64,000 bases of DNA from Tubiluchus corallicola (Eukaryota; Animalia; Priapulida). Positions 25,701-37,718 of this stretch are shown piece after piece; position 1 is the first letter of the stretch; each line of letters starts with the position of its first letter. The position numbers were made by a program, and so were the translations under genes. The DNA is taken from the NCBI GenBank assembly GCA_030141605.1, contig JAQGDQ010000110.1, forward strand, positions 186,001 through 250,000. Reading direction: 5' to 3'. The notes beneath the pieces are model-generated. The model saw only the letters and a program-made list of their open reading frames with translations. It made no database searches and was not told the origin of the DNA.

Positions 25701-27930
25701 TATGTACGTGATGCAAATTTTTTGGCTTTATGTAAGTAAAGGGTTTTCTTGTGCTTTTAGCGCATGTACAACCAACTTTACTCACTCTAAGAAGAATGCC
25801 ACCTCTCACAGATACCTCCTATCACCACAGCAAATTAATTACAAGTATTTTATTTTTCTGTGAATGCATTCATAATTTTATCATATTTCCACTTTTCTGC
25901 TTTAGCCTCTCACTCTGAGTGGCGGGTGGTCTCATTTGAGTGTTTTATATAATATGTGATCAAGTAAAACATGGTTTGTTCATAAGATTAACACAGTCTC
26001 TTTTGAGAAAGTGGCATACACTTGTTTTTTGCAGAAGAATGATGCGGTGATATCCTACAATGTCGTCATACTTAAGTAAATGTCACATGAATGCCACAAA
26101 AATGTAGTTTTTGTAGTAAAAATTTGAGTGGTTACTGTAAACCGTAAAGATAGGAGCTTGTTTGTGAAGCAACATTCTTGCAAGGATCATTCCAAGCGAT
26201 TTAACTAGGTTCAAAACTGCTGGAAATTTTTGCATTTTTTGCGGTAAGGCAGATTGTCATTTAATGTTTACGCAGTATTATTGTTCGTAGACTGTGTTTA
26301 CCAGCGCATTGAAGAATCTACACATTTATCAGCATCTGCTGTCGGAATTAGTGCGTTGATAATACTGTTAAATGATAGTACTAAGTCGTAGCATTAAGCA
26401 GTGAAACAAAGTCAACATTCTGTTGCAAACGGCCAGTAGTGAGTTAAGCGCTAATGTAATTTATATGCCTGGAAGTCTCTATATCTAGCCATCCTCAGAA
26501 GATTCACAAACATTGCCAGCACGCACTAATTTTACAGTTTACTGTAATTGTTTTGTAAGCTGGATCAGTACTAGCATGTATTGTAAAACGTCATAAGTGA
26601 AACTTCATTTTTTACAAACTGTGGATGCAGCAAAGTAATTTGGTACACCTGTGCCTAATAATGATTTCGTTTTTGCTTAGCATCCCATTTTCCTGAAATG
26701 TTTTGTTAAACATGCATATATTAAAGTATTCGTTATGTTTGATGCTATTTCAGTACACTAAGTGAGTAGTAGTATCTAGAAACAATCATTGAACTTTTTA
26801 TATGAAGTGGACCCATGTGTTGTAAATGAATCATTATCTGATGGCTCATTTTCTCCAAACTGTGAGGTGCATTAGAGCAGTTTTTTATTTTTCACAGCAT
26901 CCCGCTCTTGCGAAATGTTCTACTAAATGCACCTCTAAAGTTTTTGTTACACGTTTTATTATTACAGTAGTGGGGAAACTAAAAAAGAAACAAATACAGG
27001 TGCAACTCAGTCAAGTGCAAGCAGCAGTATCCGGTCTACTCTGGAACCTCTAACTAAAAAACGGAAAAGTTCGGAAAGCGAGGAAAGATTACGAAGCGAA
27101 CCTTTGGTTGGTGGTGAGTTGTATTAATTAAGTGCTTGTTGGAGAAAAAAGTTTGTAATGCAATTTCCTATTGAATGGTTGTAGTGTAATTATGACAAAT
27201 ACTGAGACAGCGATTAAATTCCAAGCATTGCACATTCCAAATGAGGCAAAAAAATGGAAAAACTTCATTTCTTAACCAGAATTTGAACATTGTATGCTGT
27301 CCGTGAGGCAGGTGCTCTACCAAATGTGTTGCAGGGGAATTGTTGGAGAGCAGCCTCCTTGTAATCTCATTAAATGAACAATTTCTGTTCAGGTTAAACA
27401 CCGAGCATGAGTGAAATCAACTGATGCTGTACAACATGTATCACAGTGCATATTGTAGTTTATAGATGAATGCCTTACAAGTGTTATGTTACCAGTTCAA
27501 ATCCTGGTTGAAAAATAAATTCATTTCACAACTTCCTGATTTGGAATGTTTGGAATTTTAAACAGTTTTTAATTGCAATGCGAGAAACTTTTAATCTATG
27601 AATTGTAGATTTTACTTATAAATTGTACCAAAACTTGCTAATAACGTATAAACTGTTGATAATATGTTTGTACATTAATAACAAGTTGTATAATACATAT
27701 ATAATATTATCATTTATATTATTTGATAATATGTCATGTATAAACTGTTAGGTACCCAAACGCTACAGGTCGGTGGAATACTACCAGGTATCGGAACATA
27801 TGAAATTTCGAGTGATGATTCAGAATATTCCAGTAGTGATTTAGAAGAGTTTGCATTGGCCGAGACGGTGCGGATCATGTCCCGAGGAAGGCGATGTAAG
27901 GAGGCACGGGTCATATGCGATCTTAGATGA
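22720..27930 (+). CDS. PSME3IP1: PSME3-interacting protein (PIP30/FAM192A/NIP30), 6 coding exons, about 270 aa
   Basis: Exons 22720-22831, 23925-24023, 24292-24413, 24975-25129, 26968-27113 and 27752-27930 total 813 nt in frame. N-terminal [22 protein letters not shown]...[14 protein letters not shown]...[15 protein letters not shown] and C-terminal [22 protein letters not shown] motifs are typical of the family. Confidence 0.93.
24414..24974 (+). other. U12-type (minor spliceosome) AT-AC intron
   Basis: The 5' splice site ATATCCTTT follows TAC AGA directly. A branch-point-like TTCCCTGAAC lies at 24956-24965 and the intron ends with AC at 24973-24974. The phase-0 join EEYR|KALTEQ keeps the frame. 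Confidence 0.9.
27147..27592. repeat. Inverted pair of degenerate tRNA-derived SINE-like fragments in the last PSME3IP1 intron
   Basis: The reverse complement of 27210-27325 (tggtagagcac...gttcaaattctggttaagaaatgaag...atttggaatg...ttggaattta) resembles 27495-27560 (gttcaaatcctggttgaaaaataaa...atttggaatgtttggaatttta). A-box-like and B-box-like motifs are present. Confidence 0.5.
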
Positions 27931-29472
27931 ACATCTTATAACGGCAAGTGAATAATTGACAAATTTGTTTTCCAATTTTTCTTTAAGTATAATTATGGGA
28001 ACATATGTGCAGTTTCAGCAGTTACCCTGAATCATCGATGCTTGAATTCTCAGACTGGTTAAACATTTAAATTTTGATGTTCGTTAGTTTTCTGTTATGA
28101 ATTTTTCAAAGTTATTGGTATCAAGCTTCGAAATTGACTTCCACAAATTTCGAATTAAAATTTTCGACGTTCTGGTACGATGTGAGTTGACATGTGATTT
28201 ACTTTAGACAAGATTTTGTGTGTGGAAGAGATGAAGCCTATCGATGTAGTTATTATTGGTTGATATGTGTAACTTGAGCTAAAGTACGCACAGCATTAAC
28301 TTTTTTAACGTCAAAAATTTTCTTGATGCTAACAATTACAACATGGTGTTATATTTCCTTTATTCTTTTAATATGAAAATGTATTTTGTTTTAGACTTGT
28401 TGGCTGTAGTATAATAACTTGCATAAGTTAGTGAACACAATTGAAATTTTAAGATTTTTTTACGTAAACCCGTAATGTTATAAAAAGCAGTAATGTGTGT
28501 TTGTGAGTTCCTGAATTTGAGATGAGAATTAATGCCAACTTTTTTAGCAATTTTGAGACTGATCATGTTTTTATGTGCATTCCAATGTAAAGCTTTGTGG
28601 GGAATCACCTAAAGCTCAATTTCTCTGATTTGTTCAATAAGATGATTATTAATTGTAAGAATATGGTTGAGTTGAACATGTTTATTATTTGAACGAAACG
28701 TATATTTGGTTTTGCTTGGATTTAAAGCCAATTTATTGACTTTAAATCATGCGGAGAAATTTTTCAGTCAGTATAATATTTTTCTATTTTCAATTAAAAG
28801 ATTGCAAGAATCTATGAAAATGGTTGTCATCAACAAAAAGATTTATCTTGATTGTTTCTTGAATATTGGACATCTCATTATTGGAAGTCAAAATTAATAA
28901 ATGGATAATACAGGACCAAGAATAGAAGCTTGCGAAACCAAATATTTAGTAACCAACTCATCAGAAATAGTGTTATTACATTTGACACCTTTGGTGGGAT
29001 TACTTAGATAACTGTCAGACGTAGTTTCCTCTAAAGCCATAATAAGTAAGCTTACTCAATTAACTGAACGGTCAACTGTGTTAGATGTTTTCAAAAAACA
29101 CTCTGGCAGTTATACTATTATTTTCTGATTTTGTTTATTAAGTTATCACAACTAATTACCTATTAGTTTTAAAATAGTCATTAGTATACAATGGCCTAGA
29201 TGATTTCGCTTTTCATGCTTTCCTAAAATTAGGACCACACACATAATTTTAGTAGATCTCTATACATCTTTTCTCCTACTACGTACTTAGAAAATTTTTC
29301 GAATTGAACGGTTGTGGAACACAGCTACTATGCAATTTCAAAATCTCAAGTTGGCATGCTCATTTCTAGAGAAACCAAACAGATCAACTATAAGCCAGCC
29401 AAAGTCGAAAATTTTCCATCATTTTTGGACGTTAACTTAGCAGGCAGCATCACATGTTGTAGTAATAGTTGT

Positions 29473-30534
29473 TCATTGATCAAATTTGTTGCTGCCTTTG
29501 ACACTGTCTCGGAATTGACTGTTGGGTTTGGACAGACTCATCAAAGCTTTATTTGTTTTAGTGATAGAGTATACTGACTGAATACTTGCCTGCTGTATGC
29601 TACTGGTCTTTGCACAACATATAAGCATCTTAAAGCAGTTTCGAAAATCTTTGTTCAAAAAAGCATACACAATTGGATTCAGCAGCGAATTCAAGCTCAG
29701 TGAGAATGCTCGCGGTATTTTCCAGTGTATTGCATGCTTCTTGGTAATGCTAGCTATCATCATTTCCACCATATATGGTGCCACAAATATCATCGACAGA
29801 CCAATGATTATGGCCGACATCTTAGTTGCTTTTATTTGTCTTATGCTGGGTCTTTTAAGTTCTCTTTTGTTGCTCCTGATTTTCCTCTGATGTCTTGCTG
29901 CAGTTAAAACAATTCTGGTGTAAGCATATATCATGAAGCACATGGCTATAATATAATGTGTGGAAAAAAAGAAAGCCACCCAGGGCCACTTCAGTGCATC
30001 TGATAAGCAGTAAAATTCTGCTGTCCATTCACTGTATACTTGAAACGTGGACGCACCGGCCACAAGTGAGGCATACACAATGGACACAATTGTAAATCGT
30101 CGACACTTCTTTGAGGTTACAAGTTGTTTGTACTTGAGTGGATTTGTAATAGCTAGGTAGCGATCATAGGTAATTGAAGATAGGAAAAGCATGCTTAGAA
30201 CCCAAAGAAACGCAACAAAAAATGCAATTTGACTGCACAGTCCAATAGACGGCTGCGGACTAATTACATGAATGATGAATCCGGATGACGTGGTGATGCC
30301 CCACAATAAGTCTGTTGCTGCTAAATTTGCAAGTAGCTTGTTGTGATTTGTCTGCATCCTCTTGTACTTGTAGACTGCAAAAATGACTGTGGCATTTAAA
30401 AACATGGTTAAAACTCCTACAAGAACAGATATAGCAAACACTAGCATGTCAAACAATGTTATTAGTAAAACTTTCTCCTGCTCTTCAATGCCAATACTAA
30501 AGTTTTCTGATATTTCTGTTTGATTTAACATCAT
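29473..30534 (-). CDS. Intronless class A orphan GPCR, 353 aa
   Basis: Seven TM segments. N-glycosylation sequons NQT and NFS, LN (TM1), NLAATD (TM2), Cys at the top of TM3 plus an ECL2 Cys, DRY, and LNSLLNPIVY. Confidence 0.93.
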   Translation of the reverse strand: MMLNQTEISENFSIGIEEQEKVLLITLFDMLVFAISVLVGVLTMFLNATVIFAVYKYKRMQTNHNKLLANLAATDLLWGITTSSGFIIHVISPQPSIGLCSQIAFFVAFLWVLSMLFLSSITYDRYLAITNPLKYKQLVTSKKCRRFTIVSIVYASLVAGASTFQVYSEWTAEFYCLSDALKWPWVAFFFSTHYIIAMCFMIYAYTRIVLTAARHQRKIRSNKRELKRPSIRQIKATKMSAIIIGLSMIFVAPYMVEMMIASITKKHAIHWKIPRAFSLSLNSLLNPIVYAFLNKDFRNCFKMLICCAKTSSIQQASIQSVYSITKTNKALMSLSKPNSQFRDSVKGSNKFDQ

Positions 30535-32319
30535 GATTTCCTAAAAGCTTTTTCCTGTTGAGACTGATCATTGAGTGAAAATGCAAGCTTACAGTTTTCA
30601 GTTTTGTCTTTATAGAACTTTTTCTCCGTATAAAAACCATGCTGGATAACGTCATAGTGTGTAGGTTTCTGCTTAATTGACAATTTAAAGCCTGCGCAAA
30701 TTCAACGCTTCATATGTGTCTAACAACGTTGCAATCAAGTGAGAGTGGTGCTGTTATTTTGTGTAAACCCACGCAAGCTATAACTGTAAATATATGACAC
30801 ACAGGTGGTCTGCAACACTCATTGGTTAATCAATTCTTCGTGATGTAGTTTTCCCTTTTAGACCCTCGTGATTCGTAATTTTCATTTTCATTCGTTGTTA
30901 ACTGTTTGAACTTAAGCTGCAACAAGGATCTTACAGCAATTATTTGGTTAACTAAAAGCATGGTTAAAATAAATTTGTTTTATTATTTATCATTCTTGCT
31001 ATATGAGTTTTTTCTGACATCTCCTCACTAATTTGAGGTTTCATTTATCTACAGGTAGTTTGGCTATATTGCTGATTAAATATAAGTGCTGCAGAGAGTT
31101 TGTCAAGAGTTAGCAAGATTGATGGGAATATAAAAAGTTGCGCAAAGTGGATTGAAAGTGAATATCACAGGAAATTGAATGACTACATTGTTAGTAATAA
31201 ATTAAAATAAATGATTTATGTGGTTGGTATTGGGGGGGGGGGGGTGAATGTAGTATTCGAAGCAGCTTCATGGATTTGTAAATTATCTGTTTGCTAATTT
31301 TCATTATCTGTGCAAAAATTACTAGTGACCAGTTGAAACGGTAATAGTTTTATCAACTACATATACTCTTTGCCAAGCTAATTCACCATTAATTCATTCT
31401 TGCAGTATAGTTTAACCTTATCAGAAGTTTAATTCAGCTATTAATTTTTCCTATAACTGATTATGAACTCACCTGCAATTTTTTACATTTCAGAATTCTG
31501 GTATTTTTGTTGCATTTTTGATAGCTTTGGCGTGTTGGTGATAATGGAGTGGTCAACCTCTTTAAACTTGGAGCACTGGACGTCACCAATTGGAAAAAAT
31601 TGATCACATGAAGCTTCTATTCTCAGCTAAAGCTATAATATGTTATAATTTTTTACAGCCAAAATAAGTTAGGTGTGGGTAACATCACTGATTGTAATAG
31701 ACTAAGCTATTTTTGCTGATGAAAAGTGTTGATTTGGGGAGTGTTAACAGCAGTTGCCGTTTAATTACAGACATATTTTTAAAGATGTCATCTTTGTAGC
31801 TTTGCCATATAGGGTAGTGCCATGCACCTGGAAATGTGTATGGGTTAAGTCTGTAGTTTATGTCTTTAAAGCCATTGGTGCCTAGTGTAGCACAACAAGC
31901 TATGTTTTGACGTTTTTTTAATTTGAAGAGCTAGTGTCAAAATTGAATTTATGATGATATCGTTAAAATTTAAAAAATTTTGCTTCAGCAGACATTTCAT
32001 AAGATTAGTTTCATAATGAAATTTCATAATACATATACACATGTATTATGATTTTAAGCACATCTTTGCTCTTCCTACTGCTAATGTTTTGATATGATAT
32101 GCTACGAAATGTGCAATGGAGAGTGAGAGTTCTTGCACTTAGATGTATTTGTGTATGTTGTATAATTGTGGCCCACACAATTCTAAATGTTATTTTACAA
32201 TGGGCAATAATTATAAATAAAAATTTGAGACATTTTGTTTATTCAGTCTTAACTAGTTTTGCTGTAATACAGTAAAATCTGTATTTAATTTTATGATGTT
32301 TGCAAGCGTTAGTAATAGT

Positions 32320-32500
32320 GGTAGTGGCTGGCAAGAGAATTTGTGGCAGTGCAATTGTGGTAAGTGGTATTGGGAATGGTAGTAATAGTAGTAGTGGCAA
32401 CAGAATTGGTGGCAGTGCAATTGTGGTAAGTGGTATTGGGAATGGTAGTAAGAGTGGTAGTGGCAACAGAATTGGTGGCAATACAATTGTGGTAGTGGTA
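32320..32500. repeat. 66-bp tandem repeat (about 2.5 copies), GTA/GTG-rich
   Basis: ggcagtgcaattgtgg recurs at 32345, 32411 and 32477. Confidence 0.8.
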
Positions 32501-34672
32501 ATGTTGTGCTAGTAGCAGTGATAGAGGTGATGGCAGTAATATTGTCGATGGTACTGAGGTTGATTAGTAGCACTGCTGGTTGTATCATTGTAGTATTAAA
32601 GCAAGAGAATCGCGCAGATGTGTGACTCTATAAGACTTCTGTTGTGATCTCAGGTAATACAAAGCCCAGATAATTGTATTAATTCTGTTGTGTTTTATTC
32701 CAAATAGCTCTATGTAATAAATGAGCTATTTGTTAAATAAGAAACTGAATTTTTTGTGCTTTCAACACCAGATTTGTCAACTCGGTCAGCAAAAACAGCG
32801 TCGTTATAAAGAAGGTATGAACACGATCGATATTATTTTAATTTATCTTTTGTTTATATTGGTAAGTCAGTACTTTAATTAGTATTGACTGTAGTAATAT
32901 ACATACTTATTACAACCTTGCTATTTATAACTATGTAGTGCAATGAAGTGAGAAAGATGAAGTACGAAACAGATTTGTTGGCATGAGAAAACTCAAGTTG
33001 CAAACTTTTGTTGTAGGTTGTTATTCTAGCATAATTAAATATTTACTTTTATAAGTATTCATTTATTAGGCATTTTAGACAAACTGTCTTGAAGAGCAAT
33101 GCTAAGTAGAAGCCTACAAACATGTAAGCACAGCAAAAGAAAAACACTAACTCACAAAAACCTTACATGTACAATATTCTTTTAGACTTGTACATTTTGT
33201 CCCTCAGCGTGCCCTTATCTCTCCAGAGGTTGCTGGCAAGGTCAGCAGCTAGTGGAAGAAGCTGTATTTGGTGCCATGCTTGGCTTCTTTCAAAAAAGCT
33301 CTTGTTAAAATACTTAGAGAACCCTGCCAGAATTTCGTTACTTTAATTTTAGTTAATGTACAGCCACTTTTACCATTGTCAAGAATAGTTTGGAGTTGGT
33401 TTTAGGAACCCCAGATTATCTTATTATTGCCTTTGAGAAGCACAAAATGTATGCAGTGAAGGAAATAGGAAAACCATTTAGTATGTACAACATTGAGTTG
33501 TTTTGATTATTTCTTTGTTTTGTTTACAGGAAGACTGCTTGTCCATGATGACATGGAATATTTTCTGTGATGATCTAAAAGCTTTATGATAGTTGAGACA
33601 ACAAAGCCCAAAAGACATCATCAATGAACACAAAAACGGGTGAGTCATTATAATAACTAGTTAATAGTCACTTGTTTCAGCAAATGCAAATCTTACATTT
33701 ACGTTATTGCAAGAATTACATGTATACTCGATGTACTCCTTACATAATTTTTCAAGTTTGTTAAGTACAACCTTGCAGAACAACACCTTGCAACACAACA
33801 CAACACAAATAATAAGTAATAAAGATGTAGCAACCGTGATCGAGAATTTCCATAAAATATACCATCAAGTCATTAACAGAGCTTATCTTCAAGTTCATAT
33901 AGGCCTAGTATCGTTTAGCTTGTTTTTAGACATTACTCTGAACTTTAAAACTAGTCTGCGTAAACCTGTTATAAAACTCTTTTTTTTCTATGCTATTATG
34001 ATTTTAATGATGACACTGAATAACAGAAAATTTTTAGCACTGCTGCTAGTGAATTTTTACATAATATGGCAAAATAGGCCAATCCTTCCTTATTAAATAC
34101 CGGTAGTTTTTAATAAATTGCGTAATTTTAGTTTTTTCGTATTTATTTTTTATTTTTCTATTTCATTTGGGGCCACCAAATTCACTTCGCCTAGGGCCTC
34201 CAATTACCTAAGGCCGGCCACGCTACATATATCATAATTATTTCCTCATATGTAACACCTTCAACACAGATCAGCTAATTAAATACAAATGAAACATCAA
34301 CAAGTTCGACATTACTGAAACTTGTCTGCAGTCTCTAGGTTTGTCAAGCTACAAAAGTCAAAATATAATTTAGATATGAATGACAAAAGGTACAATTTTT
34401 GCACATTGCTGCATTTTGGTTTCTGATGGACAAGCCATAGCCACTACAAATATTTTTGTACACCTTGTTTTTCATTTACGTTACTGCATAGAGGGTAAAA
34501 TACGTTATCTCCTTATTCTCCCAAGCATAGTAATCTTATAATGACTTCTTTTATTAGCCTTGAATTATTCATCGTTTTTGTAACTGCTTTGCCACAGTAT
34601 TTAAAGGTTCAAAAACACTTCAACATTAACTTACATTATAAGATTACCAGTACTTTAAATTTTAGCTTATTA

Positions 34673-35569
34673 CTATCTAAATACAGAAACAGTATTTGGC
34701 TGAGAAGGCTTGCTCCTGTCTTCAGTGTTAACAATATTTGCTCGGCATAGAAGTTTCCTGAAACAATGGCGGAAGTCCTTCATGAAGATAATGTAGATTA
34801 ATGGATTCAGAATTGAATTTAGGTTAACGCTAAGTATTTTTATGATTCCACTGCCTTTTGTTTGCTTTTCTGTGACATTGGCTATTATCATGTGTAACAC
34901 ATTTGGTGCTATTAGTATCATTGAAGTAGCAATCACTATAGCTGACATTTTGGCTGTTTTTATTTGCCTTAGCACACCACTAACAACAGTGTTTCTTGGT
35001 TGTCGTTGTTTGACGACTTGGATGCTGGCGACTCTTCTTTGACGTCTCAGTGCTTCTGCAGTAATCCTTGTATAAGCATATATCATGAAAATCAGTGCTA
35101 TAACGTTATGCGATGCGTAGAAGAAAATGTACCAAGGGCTAATCACTAGTGCTGAATTAGTACAAGAAACAAGTGGTGAGTAGCTAATAGCACTTTGTAT
35201 GACCCAAACTCCACCCACCAGTAAAGAGTATGTCACAAAAATTCCAGCTAAGAAATTGAATTTTATTGATGTCACTTGTAACTTGTGATATTTTATAGGT
35301 TGAGTTACAGCAGCATAACGATCAAGTGTGATACAAGTGAGGAAAATCTCACTTAGAATAAACAGAGATGCGAATAAAAATATTGATATATAGCAGTGCC
35401 ACCTTGATATTAGTGGGTGTATTACAGTTTCTACAATTGTAAAGGGAATATCCCATAACACAAGTGTAACACCCCACATCAAATCTGTTACTGCTAAGTT
35501 AGCTAGTAATCTGTTGTGAAATGTTTGTAGGCACTTATACTTGTAAATAACACTTGATTTGTTAAGCAT
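34673..35569 (-). CDS. Orphan class A GPCR duplicate lacking the N-terminus and TM1 (298 aa, 6TM; possibly an incipient pseudogene)
   Basis: The ORF is intact and highly similar to 37719..38750. MLNKSSVI joins directly to YKYKCLQT, an in-frame 132-nt deletion relative to the paralog. Confidence 0.75.
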   Translation of the reverse strand: MLNKSSVIYKYKCLQTFHNRLLANLAVTDLMWGVTLVLWDIPFTIVETVIHPLISRWHCYISIFLFASLFILSEIFLTCITLDRYAAVTQPIKYHKLQVTSIKFNFLAGIFVTYSLLVGGVWVIQSAISYSPLVSCTNSALVISPWYIFFYASHNVIALIFMIYAYTRITAEALRRQRRVASIQVVKQRQPRNTVVSGVLRQIKTAKMSAIVIATSMILIAPNVLHMIIANVTEKQTKGSGIIKILSVNLNSILNPLIYIIFMKDFRHCFRKLLCRANIVNTEDRSKPSQPNTVSVFR

Positions 35570-37718
35570 GATTACGATCCACTAGTTTCTGCGGTTTCAA
35601 AATGTTTACGAACTGTGAAACAAGTACTTTTAACTGAGCTGCATGAAGCTCACACAAGCTGCAGGATGACTGATGTTTCTATAAATTTTGTCATAATTGC
35701 AGCAATAGAACGCATGCGTTTTCTGCTTTTTTCCCATTGGTGATAGAAGATGGCATGGCATTACTGGTTGATGCCTTATCTCCAGAGACTTTCTGCAATA
35801 CTGGAATTGGAAAGTTTCCATTGTTACATTGTCGAGCATTTGTCTACTTTAATGTCTTTGTTTTCTACTTTTTTGATTATTTGATGATGACCACTGATCA
35901 ACTCCTTGATCAACAAATTAATCAGTCTGAGATAAAGGTAGGTCTTTATTCATTCCTGATAGCTGACCAATCAATCCACCATTTCACAAATAACTAATTA
36001 GATTATTATTCCTTTTTCTTCTGATATTTGAGCCCAAAATAAGAATATGGGCAAATTGAGGCAATTAAATAATTTATGGCAGTTTATTTTATTAAATTTT
36101 CCATTTTTTTTATATTTTTCCTTTTTTTGTCATATCAATGTGCTTTTAACCAATCAGTGTGCCATCATTTTATATGTTTCTTGAATTATTTTTTTAGTAA
36201 TTTTGACGATCTTTTACTTGTAAGATTCCTTTGATCAGCACATAAAATGCATTCAAAATATTCAATAAATTATCTATTATTATAAATTTTATTGCCTAAT
36301 CTTAATTTGAATATTATCAGTTATTGATCGAGCAAACATACAATTATTATTTTTTAACAAAATTTTGTAGAAGGGCCTAAAATATTAGGAGATTGAGTCT
36401 GAATTTGAACCGGTGTCCCCTTTGAGCCATTCCAACTTTGGATTTTGTGATTTTACACTGATGAACTACAGAATGTCTATGTAATTCAGTAGCCTGTTGC
36501 TATTCTACATGCATTATTAATTGTATGCTTTATTGCTGTGTAACTTAATAAAGACATTGCGTGGAATGTTCATGCAACATCGATCATTTGTGGGCAAATC
36601 TAATGGTCATACTATAATGAAAGTTTCTGCTTTTATTCAAAATATTTTTGTGAGACCTCGCAAGTTAATTATTTTGCTAGGAAATCAGGCACTTGCAATT
36701 TAAGATTCATAGATATTGGTGACTGCATAATGGCTAAAATACCTATACTAGTATTTGGTCTGGTTCTATGCATAGTTGTGTTTATGAGTTATCATTGAAT
36801 TATTAACCTGTCTTAGAAAACTCATGAATTATGATATTTGCTATAACTGTAGAATGCCATTTTTATTAAAGCGTTATTGCTATGGGTCTAATGATTTCTA
36901 TTATTATGTGAAACTGGTTGCAGTTTGTGATTCAGTTTGCAACTACATGATTCAGTTTTACTAATTTCAAGTGAAGCCCACTTTCTAAGTTAAAAAGAAC
37001 GACATACTTTTGAGGCATAATATTTTAAACAAATGAAGACCAGAATTCTCAGAACAATGTTCAATTGAGATATTTGCAAAAAGTTTGGAAAAATAAAATT
37101 CCAGCCAAAGTCCATTCAACATTCAGCCAAAGACTGTAATTTATTTTGACTTTTAAATTCATCGCAAGGAATGCATCTTCATAATTACTCATATGGATTT
37201 TGTACAATACATATAATGTGTATAAACGTTTTGTACATAATACTCATAAAGCGTTTTTACCGTTCACTGCAAATCTACATACACATGACATTGTTGTGTC
37301 TAGTGAAACACACTGAGTGTGTTTTAACAACTATGGTTGCAACTTCAATTGTCCGTGGTTGCAATTTAGCCTGCAGTCTCTAGGTTAATTTGTCAAGCTG
37401 CAAAACGTTTTAAAAGTTTAATAATCGAAATATAATTTGTTTATGAATGACAAAAGACGCAATTTTTGTTCACTGTTGCATTATGGTCTCTGATGGATAA
37501 ATCATAGTTACTACAGAATATTTTACACATTTTGATATTTCTGTTCATTTATCTCAATGCACTGAACCTCATTATTTCCTCATTTTCCCAAGCATAGTAA
37601 TCATGGCTTCCTTTATTAGTTTTGCATTTTTCATCATTTTTATAACTCCAATCACCACAGTGTGAAAAGTTCAAAGCACTCCAGCCGTTCTGGTACCAAT
37701 ATTTTCAATTTTAGATTG

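Noticed and set aside
32239-32588. Pro/Leu-, Gly/Ser- and His/Tyr/Cys-rich repetitive ORFs
   Set aside because: They are translations of the 66-bp tandem repeat, open in several frames on both strands, with no splice or homology support.
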